64,000 bases of DNA, from the NCBI RefSeq assembly GCF_004010195.1, contig NC_057719.1, positions 39,546,252 to 39,610,251 on the forward strand, read 5' to 3'. The DNA comes from Chiloscyllium plagiosum (taxonomy: Eukaryota). A program made the position numbers and the translations under genes. The notes beneath the pieces were generated by a model, which saw nothing but the letters and a program-made list of their open reading frames with translations, did not search any database and was not told the DNA's origin. This document shows, in pieces, positions 1 through 14,600 of the stretch. The number at the start of each line of letters is the position of its first letter. The stretch's first letter is position 1.

Positions 1-1060
1 ATGAATTACTTCACACTTTTCCAGGTTGAACTCCAATAGCCACTTCTCAGCCCCGCTCTGTATCCTGTCAATGTCCTGTTGCAATCTACCACAGCCCTCC
101 ACACTATTCACAACTCCATCAATCTTGGTGTCATTGGCAAACTGACTAACTCACCCTTACACTTTTCTCATCCAAGTCATTTATAAAAATCATAAAGAGC
201 AGAGGTCCCAGAACAGAACCCTGTGAAACACCGAACTCCGGGCTGAATACTTTCCATCTACTATCACCATCTGTCTTCTATGTGCCAGTCAATTCTGTAT
301 CCAGACAGCCAAACATCCTTGTATCCCATGGCTCCTTACCTTCTGAATGAGCCTACCATGGGGACCCTTATCAAATGCCTTGCTAAAATCCATGTGCACC
401 ACATCCACTATTCTACCTTCAATGTGTCTTGTCACATCCTCAAATAATTCAATAAGGCTTGTGAGACATGATCTGCCCCTCACAAAGCCATGCTGACTAT
501 CTCTAATTAAACTATGCTTTTCTGAATAATCATAAATCCTGTCTCTCAGAATCCTTTCCAATAATTTGCCCATCACCACCATAAGACTGACTGTGTAATT
601 CCCCAGGTTATCCTTATTTCCCTTTCTTAACGTTTGCCACCCTCCAATCAACTGGTACTGTTCCAGTGGACAGTATCATCACCAAAGATGCAACAATATA
701 ACCTTGGGTACATCCTTTCTAGCCTAGGGAACTTATCTATCCTCATGTTTTTCAAAATTTCCAGCACATCTTCCTCCTTAGCATCAATCTGTTCGAGCAT
801 ATCAGCCTGTTTCACTGTGTCCTCACAAACAACAAGATCCCTCTCACTAGTGAATACTAAAGCAAAATATTCATTAAGGGATTTCCCTTACCTCCTCTGA
901 CTCCAGGCACAACTTCCCTTTACTATCCCTGGTCATCCTAACGTCATGCTGGCCATTCTCTTGTTCCTCACATAAGTGTAACACGTCTTGGGGTTTTCCT
1001 TAATCCTACCCGCCAAGGCTTTTTCATGCCCTATTCCACTTCTCCTAAGTCCTTTCTGTA
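1..1060 (-). mobile_element. CR1-clade LINE ORF2 fragment (degraded RT)
   Basis: Minus-strand ORF with [17 protein letters not shown] and DFSKAFDK motifs. Confidence 0.85.
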
Positions 1061-1562
1061 ATGATTTTTTTGTCACCCTGTTCCCATTTCCCAGTAATCT
1101 TGGATGCCTCATGTATGCACCGTCTCCTCCTAAATAAGCCAATGCTATCTCCTTGAACACTCATTTTTGCAGCGGGTTCCAAATTCTCAAGCTCTGTGTA
1201 ATTTTTCTATTATATCTATTTTGTCTCTTGTTCTGAAAAAATGTTAAAGACCTCTATCAGGTTTTCTCTTAGTCTTCTGCCTTTCAAGGAAATGAGTCTC
1301 GGTTGCTCAAAGTTTCCTTAAATCACAATTCTGCTTGCTTCACTGGATTATTTCTTCAATTTCTCCAGTATTTCAATTTCCTTTATGTATTGTTTAGCAA
1401 ATTATTGACAAATATCTTTGTTTCTCTCTGCATTTAATTTTATAATTTCAAATGGAGTAACCATACTCCTCCAAACCAAATGCAACAACTCATACTTGGC
1501 TTTATTAAATTTATGTTGAAATATATCCATTCATGTTGCAATCCTCAATATGCATTACGATA

Positions 1563-1760
1563 ACAAACACAGAGAATGCTAGAGAAACTCACCAGGTCGG
1601 GCAGCATCTGTGGAGAAAGTGGGACTCCTCTTCATTGCTGAAGATATTACCTGACTTGAAGCCTTAACTCTGTTTCTCTCTCTACAGATGTTGCTAGACC
1701 TGCTGAGTTTCTTCAGCACTCTGTTTTTTCAGGTTTCCAGCAGATGCAATATTTTGCCCT
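1563..1760. mobile_element. Degenerate palindromic Penelope-terminus-like insertion
   Basis: Arms CAGGTCGGGCAGCATCTGTGGAGA and TCTCTACAGATGTTGCTAGACCTG are inverted; related to the copies at 4475 and 52770. Confidence 0.6.
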
Positions 1761-2595
1761 TATGCAATACTAGATTTTGATGCAGTTTTCCATATTATTA
1801 GCTACATCCCCCAAATTAGTATCATTGCAAATGTTGGCACCATATCTACAAGGTCATGCTGCCTATGTTTGGGATACAGGATTAAAGGGATACATGGATA
1901 GAATGAGAAGAAATAATTAAAGAACTCTCATGTGAACTATAGGCAGAGATTTAGATCAGATAGTTTAATGAAATAGCGATCTGATTCTGTGCAACAATTT
2001 TAGATAAATATGCTGGTGTTTTCTTAGGGAACAGCTAAGATCAGCAAGCTGAAAAAATATAGCAGGCTGAACTATTATATCAAGAGCTGTTAGCACAAGC
2101 CTTTTTTATTGAGAACCTGTGTGGTGTTTATGCAGATAATGAGCAATTTGACTGAGATTTTGGCCAGGAGACAGTAAAAGTTTCAGGGGCCAGCAGCATG
2201 GAGAAAAGATTGGCATCCATAACCTTGATGTTCGTTCTTCAGAGAGTCCTTTAGAAATTATACTCAGCATGAATTTTAGAAAACAAATCTCACTGGCGTG
2301 ATTAAGCAGCCAGTTGAAACTCACTATTTATGCTCACAGATGCAGAGCCAACTTCTGTTCCAATATATTATTAATGTACAGCTAATGCATATGAAAGCAC
2401 AATGTAACATGAATCTTTGCCTTTATACACAATGAGGAGAAATGATTGAAAGGCAACTGTCGGTTGCACATATATTAAGATGAGCCGCAGCAACAATGGG
2501 TCACCTTTAGTTCTACATTTCTTCACACAGATGATTAAGTGAGATTGTTTTCAATGTCATTAAATTGAATTTATTCTGTAATCTTTTGTTGCCAG

Positions 2596-2695
2596 CAAAT
2601 CATGAAGGATCGGTGGATTAACGCGGGTCATGATGATGATGAGCTTAGACCTTTTGTAGAGCCAGATCTGGATATCTCAGATTCTAAAAGAATAG
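2596..2695 (+). CDS. MARK3: MARK3 exon, 100 nt (end of kinase domain and linker)
   Basis: gccag|CAAATC...AATAG|gtaag; translates [33 protein letters not shown]; phase 0 to 1. Confidence 0.95.
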
Positions 2696-5600
2696 GTAAG
2701 TGTGAAACAACCAATCTGTTGAGTTTGTTATTTATCTTATTTTGGCACTGAAGAAATATTCAAAGTTCAGATTTCATTAAACTTAATTGTCTGTTATTAA
2801 ATACAGTTAAATGATTTCAGGATGATCTACAGTTAAATCAGAGGTGTTGAGGATAGTGATCATGCAAATTTTGCCTGATATTGCTGTTTATCTTGGCCTT
2901 GCATACTCCTCATTTAAATTTGCAAGCACAACACTGAGTTTCTGGGGCTTGCAATCTTAATTCACTTCCACATTCCTATTCTGACTATTCTGTCCTCAGT
3001 TCTTCTGCACTGTTCATATGATAATCAGCAAAGTTTAAGAATGAGCACTTTATCTTTTAGTTAGACAGTTTACAACATGATGGACACAGTTTAATTTTAA
3101 TAACTTAAAACTTATCCATTGATCCCAATTCCTTGGACTGGTTGTCCAGTTGCTACTTCCTTTTGCCTTGCTTCATAATCTCTTTTGTCATTGAAGTCAA
3201 ACCTGTATTCCAATTTACTACACCTTTTTCCCCTTTGTTCTTGCCTCTACCCTTCCTCATTCATTTCCCTGGCACTGCACAGGGTAATAATTTTTTAAAT
3301 CTGTGACTTCTCCCAGTACTGATAAAAAGGTCATTCACTGGAAAAGCCTGTTTCTGTTTCCACAGATGCTCTGTGATAGTGAGTATTTCCATCATTTTCT
3401 GTTTTTATTTCAGATTGCCAGCACTCGTGATGTTTGTTTTTTATTTAAGTGGATACTGCAGTTTGTTCTTGTCGCAACCTTTGCATAATCTGATAAGAAA
3501 TTACTTAAGCAAATTCTTTCTCACCAGATAATTATCTAGTTTTCCTTTGAAGGCTTGAATTGAATCTGCCACCACATAGTGCATTCCAGATTCTAGTTAC
3601 TTGTTAAGTAAGAAGTGTCATGTGCCACATGTGTTTCTTTTGCCATATGCCAGTCATCTTAAATCTGTGTCTTCTGGTTCTCAAACCTCCCACTAATGGG
3701 AAATAATTACTTCCTGTCCACATCCCTCATAATTTTGAACACCTCTATCAAACCTCTTAATCTTCTCTCAGGAAAACAACCCAGCTTCTCCAGTCTATCC
3801 ATATGACCGAATTTTTTAATTTCTAGGACCATTCTCGTAAATATTTTCTGCACCTTTTCCTTCATGTCCTTTGTAAAGTGTAGTGTCCAGAAGTGGGCAC
3901 AGTACACTAAAGCAAAATCTCAAGCAAAGCAACTGTTTAATGCCAAGTTTAGCATTTTTTTAAAGTTAAATACTCTTATCTTCTTATGCAATTCTATATC
4001 CTTCAGAATTGCAGATTAATTTTATGTTGCCTTTTCTCCGACTTCCTACAGAAATTAATCATTTAGTTTTTCTCTTCTTTAGATTTTTAATCTACCACTT
4101 GTCCACCTATCCAGCAACCTATCTATGGCCTCTCAATCCTCCTCACAGCATGAGGTTTTATCATCGACAAATTTTGAAATTGTGCCTTGTATTCTGTGTA
4201 TGTTATTAATGTGTTATCCAGAAAAGCTGTATCTTCTTCCAATCTAAAAAAAATTGTTTACCACCACTGTTTCCTGTTGCACAGCCAAATTTGTATTCAT
4301 GTTGCTTTCAGACTGTTTTATTCCATGTACTCTAACTTTTCTGACTTGATATGTGGCACTTTATCAAATGCCTTTAGAAAGTCCGTATACAAATTAACGG
4401 CATTAGTTTCATCATCCTTTATTACCTCATCAAAAGTCTCAAGTAAATTAGTTAAGCACAATTTGCTGTTAATAAACACAAACAAAAACAAATTGCTGGA
4501 CAAGCTCAGCAGGTCTGGCAGCATTAATGAAGAGAAATTAGAGCTAACACTTCGATCCGGTGAGACTTCCTCAGAACTGAGGAAAGGTTTTAAGGAAGGG
4601 ATCACCAGACGCGAAGCATTAATTTCTCTTCACAGATGCTGCCAGACCTGCTGAGCTTTTCCAGCAATTTCTGTTTTTGTTACTGATTTACAGCATCTGA
4701 AGTTCTTTCGGTTTTTGTTTGTCTTTAGAAATCTAGGCTGGCTTTTCATAATCAACCTCATTTGTCCAAATGTCTGTTAATTTTGTCCCAGACTTATATT
4801 TCCCACCAAGATATTAAATTAACTAATCTGTCGTTGTTAACCTTAGCCTTTGCACCTTTTTTTGATCAATGGTATAACGTTTGGAATTCGTCAATACTCT
4901 AGCACCACACATATTTCTAAGATGAATTGCAGAATTACCGTATATACTCTAGTAATAGTCGATCTCATGTAAATGTCGACCCCCTATTTTTGGCCAAATA
5001 ACCTGGAATTTTCCATATATCTTGTGTAAAGGTTGCCCCTAGTTCTTCACAGATAACAGATCAATATATATGAATTAGTGTGCTGGCTGTCATGTCCCAT
5101 TCCAGCTTTCCAGTCTGCCAGTCTTCCAGTCCACTGGCTGTTGTGTTCTGCTTCGGGATTTCAGAATTACCATAATTCTTTTTTTTCTTTTATTCGTTTA
5201 GAGATCGTTTGGGCTTCTGCTAATGATACAGTATGAATTTTGACAGGCATGAATTTCAGCCCTTCAAAAGTAGTATCCATCTAATAGTCAACCCCATAAA
5301 TTTAACCTTAAAAAGTAGTCAAGGAAATGCGGCTATCACTCGAGTATACACGCTGTCATCAGAGCTTTCACAATGGTCATTATTGTTTCCCTCAGTTTCC
5401 TTGGAGCCAATAACTCTTCCAATAGCTTGTTTGTATTAATTTTTATTCCATGCAGTGTCTCAAATGCTTTTAGTAAAATTTGGGGAGCACCTTTTTCTCT
5501 ACCTGACCCATCTTGTCCAATGTTACCATTAAGCACTTCCTAAGTGAGGTGTAGCATTGTTTAGATACAAAGTAAGACTTCTGCTTTTCTCCCTCACAAA

Positions 5601-8600
5601 ACATACCTTCAACTCAACTTCAGAGATACTTTTACTTATACAGGTCTGAATTTTGTGTTTTTACTAACAGTTAATTTTGATCACAGTTGTTGAAGTGCGC
5701 CATATTGAGCAACAATGTGAATACCCTTAACGTGCTGTTACATTTTTAGGCTTACATGCTTATCTAGTTTCAGACATCTATCTTCATGATAGATGGGTGC
5801 TGTACTAAAGCATAATAGCACATACTTGCATTGAAGAAATGTTTTGGTCTTGCATAGAAACTAAAACAGGTTTAGTAAGAGAAGGAAAGTGCAAACATTT
5901 TAAGATTTGTCAGTTGAGAGGAATGCAAGCAAACTTACAAAGGGAACATGTAGTTTGAGGATAAGATTAAATTTGAAAGAATGGAATGGAAATACCATTC
6001 TTTATCAGAAGGTATTTGGCACTAATGGTATTTGAAAACTATCTGATCTCAACTTTACAGATCTAATGGTTGGAATGGGTTATAGCCGTGAGGAAATTCA
6101 GGAATCTCTTGCCAAAATGAAATATGATGAAATAACTGCAACGTATTTGCTGTTGGGTCGAAAGTCCAATGAGGTAAGGATAAAGAAGAAGAACAAGGTT
6201 TCATTTATATAGGCTCTTTGCCTCAAATGCCTCTCAAACAACAATAAGTTTCCAGATAAAATCTATTTTACTAGCATTTGTCAGTGAGGGATAAATATTG
6301 TTTAGAATGCCAGCATGTTGATATCTGCTACTCTGGAATAATAGATGGAACTTTGAACTCCCAGATGAGAGACCTAACCTGTTCTAATTTTTCATCTGAA
6401 AGGTAGTAAATGCATGTCTTCCTCAATACTGCATTGAATTATTAGCCTGATCTATTTATTCGAATCTCTGGAATGGGGCTTGAACCCCAACCTTCTGACT
6501 CGAACGCAAGAATGCTAACACTTTTACCAACCCAACACCTTTACAATCAATCGTGGCCAAATAATATTGATTTTCCTCCTTTTTCTATTTACTTTGCCCT
6601 GTAAATTTCTCCCATATTTCATGCTATTCAGAGTCACAACTGCACTGCATAGAAAGCAGACAGGTGAGCTAACAACGATGGTGTGGTATACAGGATAGAC
6701 CCACTTGCCCAAACTAATTTCCATTTTACGTTGAGAATGCAACAGTTTTAAGTAACTGTTGGTTTAGCAAAACTGAAATCAGAAACTAAGAAGAGTGAAC
6801 GATTTGAATTCAGCACCTTTTTTTTTATATTTGTGGCTCATTGTCTCCCTGCCACATTTGCTATAGTGGTTCAAGAAGGTGACTCAAGAGACAATTAAAA
6901 ATAGAGAATAAATGCTGGCCTTGTCAGGATCAATTAGATTAGATTAGATCCTCTACAGTGTGAAAACAGGCCCTTCAGCCCAACAAGTCCACACCAACCC
7001 TCCGAAGAGTAAGCCAGCCAGACCCATTTCCCTCTGACTGATGCACCTAACACTATGGACAATTTAGCATAGTCAATTCACCTGACCAGCACATCTTTGG
7101 ACTGTGGGAGGAAACCGGAGCGCACGGAGGAAACCCACGCAGACACAGGGAGAATGTGCAAACTCCACACAGACAGTCGCCCAACGTTGGAATCAAACCT
7201 GGGACTCTGGTTCTGTGAGACAACAGTGCTAACCACTGAGCCACCGTGCCGCCCTGAAACATCTCCGAAGCAAAAACTAGCAATCTTGTTGAGAAAGATA
7301 TGACCTGTCCGGTTTAGAATTTAAATAAAGCCTGATGGTAACTGTTAATCAACATTAATGGGTACGTTATAGGAATGCCCAACCATCAGCAGTCTGCTCT
7401 CATGCAGTCTAAATACTCATTTTCCCCTTGAATTGGCATTCTTGTGAAATGTCCTGATGAGTGCAAGACAAAACAGCTTCAACAAATTGACTGTTTTAAA
7501 GCAATTCTCAAGTTCTATACTTCCAAAGGGCATAATTATTAAATCAACTTTCTAAAAATGAAGTTGCAATAATTCAATTGAGACTATGGTATAAAATGCT
7601 AGTGTTGTTATGGTTGTATATTTTAAATTGGGTCTCCTTTTCCTACTAATAATGTGGTTTTACCTATTCTATTTCCATAGCTATATTAACATGCTAAGAC
7701 CTCATCTCAGGTGCTTCCATTCCAGGCTGAAATACCCAAGCCTCTCCTCATAATTTCAACCCTTTGATGGTAACCACATGGCTCTTCTTTGAGTAAATTT
7801 GGAAATGACCCTGTGTCATTAAGTTGCTGAAGATGTACTCAGTTTAATCTTGACTATATTTGTCTTGTATCCTCCTGTCCATCTAAATATTATTGATGGC
7901 TGCTCTGATTCAGTGCACACATTCATGAAGTAAACAGGCAGTTTATTTTTCCTAAAATGTTCAATAGTCTTTACATGTCTATTTTCAATTTGATCTGCCA
8001 GTTTTTGTGCTAATTCTACAACATAGTTCATAAGTTACACAATAAGTTATCTCATGAATTCACTCCTCATGCTAACTTGATATCATCAGTAAATTTGACC
8101 TCTTTACGTTAAATTCTTGAATTCAAGGCATTCATGTAAATTACAATATTAGTGAAAGCATCAAGTCCTAAGCCACCTTGCCAATTCTGACATGACCTGT
8201 CTAACAAGCACCAGTTACTTCCTACTTGTCAGCCAACGATTAAACTTGTAAACAGTATACATTTGGTGTTTACCCTGATTCTCTACAACTTTAATTGTCT
8301 TTTGTATGGAACTTTTTAAAAATTCATTCATGGGATTTGGACATCGCTATCTGGTCCAACATTTATTCTCCTTAATTGCCCAAGGGCATGTGGTGAACTG
8401 CTGCGGTTTATGTGATGTAGGTACATCATAGTGCTGTTAATGCCAGATGATCCAACTGATTTAATTCTTTTTATGAGGCTTTAACACCGCTAGATACAGT
8501 GGCTTCCTAGGCCATTTCAGAGATATTTAAAATTGCTGTGGATCTCGAGTTATAGGTAGGCCATACCAGGCGAGAATGGCAAATTCCACCCCCTACCCAC

Positions 8601-11600
8601 CCCAAAAGGACATTAGTAAACCTGATGCATTTTTATGATGATCAAGTATGATTTCATGGTCACAGTTAGACTAGCTTTTCAATATAATTTTTATCAATTG
8701 AATTCAAATTGAACCAAAGGACAGCACAGCGGCTCAGTAATTATCACTGCTGCCTCACAGTGCCAGGGACCCTGTTTTGATTCCAGCCTTGGAAGACCGT
8801 GCAAACTCTACAGAGGTATTCTCCCTGCTTGGGTTTCCCCCGGGGGCTCTGGTTTTCTCGCACAAGATATGTAGCTTTGGTGGATTGGCCGTGAGAAATG
8901 CAGGATCAAAGGGATAGGTAGAGGGCTGGGTCTGGGTGGGATGCTCTTCAGAGGTTGGTATCAACCTGTTGGACCGAATAACCTGCTTTCACACTGTAGG
9001 GATTCTATGATCATCTGTAGTGGAATTTGAACCCATCTCCATACAACATTAGCCTGAGTTATTGGATTACTGGTCCATTACAATACCACCATGTCACCAC
9101 CTCTCTTGTCAGATGCCTTTAAGTTATTAACCAAGGTTTCCTGCAGTCCAAACTTGTTCAAAGTATTGTCTCTAATCAAAGTTAGCTCAAAGTAATTTGA
9201 ATAGAATGGCTAAAATTAAAATATTCCATTTTCTACTGCTAGTTCAAAATAAATTCTGAAATAAACACTTAATGTAAGTACTTAATTTTCATGTTAGTGC
9301 CTATCTCTTGTACTGCTTTCGTGCTTCAGCTTTTATAACAACTCTAACCAGAAGCTATTTATAATACATTCTGGCTTAGACACGGGTATGTGCATGTATT
9401 GTAGAGATTGAATTCAGTTTCTTTGCCATATTTGAATTGCTAGTGTAATAGGCATTTTTGAAAATCGTGTGTGATCTTAACGTGAGAATGAATTGAAAGA
9501 TCTCAATTTGTCCAGTGGAATTACTGTTGTGAACATTATTGCAGTTACTTTTTCTTCTTTTTAAAGTAAAGGGAGATTTGGAGATCTGCTATGAGGATGA
9601 GATTTGATTTTTCAGCCCTCATTAAAGAAGTAGAGGTGCCAGTGTTGGACTGGGGTGGACAAAGTTAGACATTGCACCACACTAGGTTATAGTCCAACAG
9701 GTTTATTTGAAAGTACAAGCTTTTGGACCACTGCAACTTTTTCAGGTAGGTAGTGGAGCAGGATCAAACGACACAGAATTTATCATAAAAGATCAAAATG
9801 TCATACAACTGATGTGATGTATTGAACAAACCTAGACTGCTGTTAAGTCTTTAATCACCTAGAATGGGAATGCGGGTTTCGAATGATTAGTATGTAAATC
9901 CCAGAATTTCTTTCAAGTCTCAGCCTCTGATAATTTAAGGTTTTATTAGTAAATAAAAGAAACAGCTCAGACAATGATTAAAGGTATGAGGGTTAGAGTC
10001 TACCTGTATCCCAACCTTGAGTCAGACTGGTTCTACTTCCAAAGTAGGAATTTATAAAATGTCACATGGCCTACAGATTGTGTGCTTTTTGAACAAAAAA
10101 ACAAAGAAAATTTACAGTCCAGGAACAGGCCATTCGGCCCTCCAAGCCTGAGTTGATCCAAATCTACTGTCTAAAACTGTCGCCCAATTCCTCAGCATCT
10201 GTATTCCTCTGCTCCCCACCTACTCGTGCATCTGTCCAGATGCATCTTAAATGAATCTACCGTGCCTGCCTCTACCATCTCTGCTGGCAATGCGTTCCAG
10301 ACACCCACCACCCTCTGTGTAAAGTACTTGCTGCGTGTATCTCCCTTAAACGTTTCACCTTTCACCTTGAAAGTGTGACCTTTTGTTACTGAATCCTTCA
10401 CCCTGGGAAAAAGCTTATCTCTATCTACCCTGTCTATACCCTTCGTTTTGTAAATCTCAATCAAGTCCCCGTCAATCTCCTTTTTTCTAATGAAAACAAA
10501 CCTAACCTACTCAACCTCTCTTCATAACTAGCGCCTTCCATACCAGGCAACATCCTTGTAAACCTCCTCTGCACCTTCTCCAAGGCATCCACATCCTTTT
10601 GGTAATGTGGCAACCAGAACTGTACACAGTATTTCGAGTGCGGCCAAACCAATGTCCTGTACAATTTTAACATGACCTGCCAGCTCTTATATTCAATACC
10701 CCATCCAATGAAGGCAAGCATATCATATGCCTTCTTGACCACTCCACCTGTGCAGCAACCTTCAGGGTACAATGGAGCTGCACTCCCAGATCCCTCTGCT
10801 CATCAACCTTTCCCAAGGCTCTTCCGTTCATTGTATAATTCACTCTAGAATTAGACTTGCCTAAATGCATCACCTCACATTTGCCTGGATTGAACGCCAT
10901 CTGCCATATTTCCACCCAGCTCTCCAGTTTATCTATATTCTCCTGTATTCTTTGACAGTCCCTTATGCTTTCTGCTACTCCACCAATCTTCGTGTCATCT
11001 GCGAACTTGCTGATCATACCAACAGTACCCTCTTCCAGATCATTTATGTATATCACAAACAACACCGATCCCTGTGGAACACCACTGGTCACCTTCCTCC
11101 ATTTTGAGAAACAAAATAGAATGTATCTGCAAATACACATTCACCGTGTGTGTGTAAGAGACTGTGCATGCTTGATTGAATATGTGCACAAGTGTGACAG
11201 AGTATATGCCTCTGAGCGTGAGAGAGAACGTGTGTATGAGACAGGGTGTGTGAGAGTGTATAGTGTGATGGGGTCACCTATAGTGTGACATGAACCCGAG
11301 ATTCCGGTTGAAGCCGTCCTCATGGGTACCAAACTTGGCTATCAATCTCTGCTCGGCAACTTTGCATTGTTGCGCATCTGGAAATCCATCTTGGAGGAGA
11401 GTCACCCAAAGATCCTTGATCGGTCAAGGAGAACTTTGGGATACACAAAAATGCAGAGGCTGATAACCAAGTTCAATACCCATGAGAATGGCCTGAACCA
11501 GAATCTTGGGTACATGTCACACGACAGGTGATCCCACCACGCCATACAGTCTCAAAGACAAGCACACTCATACACTATCCTCTCTCATAATCTCTCTCTC

Positions 11601-14600
11601 ACACTCTCTAACAATCACTCTTTCTCTCTCTGTCACACTCACGTACGCACCCTCTCATAGGCATATACTCTGTCACACTCGTTCAAACACTATCAAGTGT
11701 GTACATGCACACTCACACACTTTCTCTCTCTCCCATGCACGCACATACGTGCACAATGCACACGCTTTCCCTCTTCTCCCCCCCCCTCACTCTCACATGC
11801 ATGTGTACACACCTATAAGTCTGTGGGGTGAATTTGCACTTGCAGATACATTCTATTTTGTTCAAAAAGCACACTATCTCTAGGCAGTCAGTCCATGTGA
11901 CATTTTATAAATTCCTACTTTGGAAATAGAACCAGTTTGACTCAAGGTTGGGATACAGATAGACTCTGATCTCACACCTTTTAATGTATTGTCTGAGCTG
12001 AGATGTCATCTTTATTTAAATACTGATAAAACCTTAAGTTGTCTTGGGGCTGTGACTTGAAAGAAATTCTGGGATTTACATATTAATCAATTGAAACTTG
12101 TATCTCCATTCTAAGTGATTAAAGACTTAACAGCAATCTAGGTTTGTTCAATACATCGCGTCAGTTGTATGACACTTTGATCTTTTATTATAAATTCTGT
12201 GTTCTGTGTCCTATGATCCTGCCCCACTAGCAACATGACGGAGCAGTGCTCTAAAAGCTTGTACTTTGAAATAAACCTATTGGACTATAATCTGGTGTGG
12301 TGCGATGTTTAAATTTTAACCTCATTATTGAAGTTTCATGTTGAAATGATATTCCTCAGACCATGATTGTAATCTTGGTTTCATGTTAAAATAGGCATGC
12401 AGATTTTTTTTAACTTAGTACGTAGGCCTCAATATCCACATCTTAAATATCCCATTAGTACATTTGTAGTCGCTGTAGATTGTGGATGGGAATATGGTTG
12501 AAATACACCAAACCGGAACTTAGTTTTGTCATAGTAATACTTTTAGGGCACTTTTGCTTGCTTCTGAACTAAATTTGCTTCATTACCCTCTCAGTTGGAA
12601 GTCAGTGATTCAAGCTCCAGCAGTAACCTTTCCTTAGCTAAGATCAGGCCAAGCAGTGACCTCAATAATAGTACCGGACAATCTCCTTCCCACCACAAGG
12701 TCCAAAGAAGTATATCAGCCAATCAAAAGCAACGACGGTACAGTGATCATGGTAAGTGTGCAGAATCATCTTTGTATGGGTGCTTGATTGTTCTATATAT
12801 TAAACTAAATATTGTATTTTATTCTTACCTTACTGTATTAGCAGAAAATGTATAGCACCTATGAAAACTAGTGTATTTTAAAAATTATCATAAGAGCTAA
12901 TGGTGAAGGTGCTCATTTCATTGCCAAAAATCCACAACAGTATATTACCAAACCTGATAAATAGTATGTATCTGACATTGCATATCCAAATAAATTATTT
13001 TAATAAATATCTGAGCAAGACTAATTACAGATTGTGAAAGACTTAATCAGAATTATTGTTTTTGAAGCTGGACCTTCTATTCCACCTGTGGTATCCTATC
13101 CAAAGAGAAGTCAAACTAGCACTGCAGATAGTGACTTAAAGGAGGAAGTTCAGTCAAGGAAGTCCAGCACCACTGCTGTAGGAGGAAGAGGAATTACTCC
13201 TTCTAGCCCGAAGTTGGGAAGTGCTAACAACCCAAACAAAGCAGAGATTCCTGATCGCAAAAAGAGTTCTGTTGTAACTAGTGTAAGTATATTGATACCA
13301 ATTATACTGTAAAATTATATTTATCACTAGTTCTGATGTAATGTGCAAAGAAGGGAGAATTAAAGACCTCCTCAGGATGTCTTGAACTTTCCACAACCAA
13401 TTATAGATATCTGTGGAATACAGTTACTGGGACAATGAAATATCTAACCATATACAGTAATCTATTTGGAGATATTATTTGAGAAATAAACTTTGACTAG
13501 AGCAAAAGGAACAATCCTATTCTGTTTCAAATTGTGCTATAGCATATTTATATTCAATAAGATGGAAAAATGGGTGACAATGTACTCAAGTCTTTATACT
13601 TTTTGAATCCACAGTCTTCTGACTCTCAGGCTACGGTACTAGAACTGAATCTAAGCTGAAAACAGTATTGCAAATTATATGATTACAAACATTTTTAATG
13701 AAACACCCTGTGGCAATAGAGCATTGAGCAGTGAATGCAAGGGGTCACAGATCAAAATTCCAAATAATACCCAATACTTTTAAGTAAGCTTTGCCAGTTT
13801 ATAGGCCAGATTGCTAGATCAAGTGGAATGCATCAGAATCTGCTGGGAGAAGTCCACCTCATTCTTGCTCATTATTGAATGTATCTGGTTGCTACCTTAG
13901 AGGTCAGCACTTCAGAGCGCACATAATCATAGCAGAAGCATAAAAGGAAAGAATTGATTATTAAATCAGCAGAGAAGCATTTTGAAAAAAATCAATGCTT
14001 ATTTGTCTGTTATCAGAATAACATGGTGTCTGGAGGAATGACCCGACGAAATACATACGTCTGCAGTGAAAGAACAAACGTAGATAGGCATTCAGTATTA
14101 CAAAATGGAAAGGAAAACAGGTAATTAGATAGTCAACAATGTTTGATAATCGTTCAGAATTGATTTTATTTTAGAAGAATTTATCTGTACCAATAATATC
14201 CGTATTGTAATGATGGAAGGTTTTTTAAAAAAAACTTTCTGATATGTCTTTAAAAACCTCTTCAAATAGATTTTTAAATGTGCTGGAATAGCGTTGTTGC
14301 CTAAAAATTACAATGGACATAGTAGTGAAATAACAGTAAAGTACTTTACTGCTTTGCAGTTTTCAAGCTGCTGTTTTTCTGCCTTTTCTGTTGTTTTAAT
14401 TTAAAAAGTAAAAACACAGCTAGCTTCTTTAACAGCATGGTGTTTGCTTTCTTTTAATTTGCACTTGTTCAACATTGTGCTCCATATTGTACTTCTGTCT
14501 GCTTCTGCCTCTATCTCAACCACACTTCATCACAGCCTGACAGAAATGTCTGCTTGTGCGACTAGTTCTGCGTCTGCATATGTATCTCCTCCTGCATCTA

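Larger units (their letters stand above)
3540..5530 (-). mobile_element. Old CR1 LINE interrupted by two insertions
   Basis: Minus-strand ORFs [14 protein letters not shown] and [12 protein letters not shown]...[11 protein letters not shown]. Confidence 0.7.

Noticed and set aside
7200..7254. tRNA-like A/B boxes (also at 22400, 25125 and 58700)
   Set aside because: SINE heads that run into SINE bodies, with no complete cloverleaf.
11089..11883. His/Thr/Ser-rich ORFs
   Set aside because: Translations of degenerate CA/CT low-complexity UTR in the Penelope-like arms.
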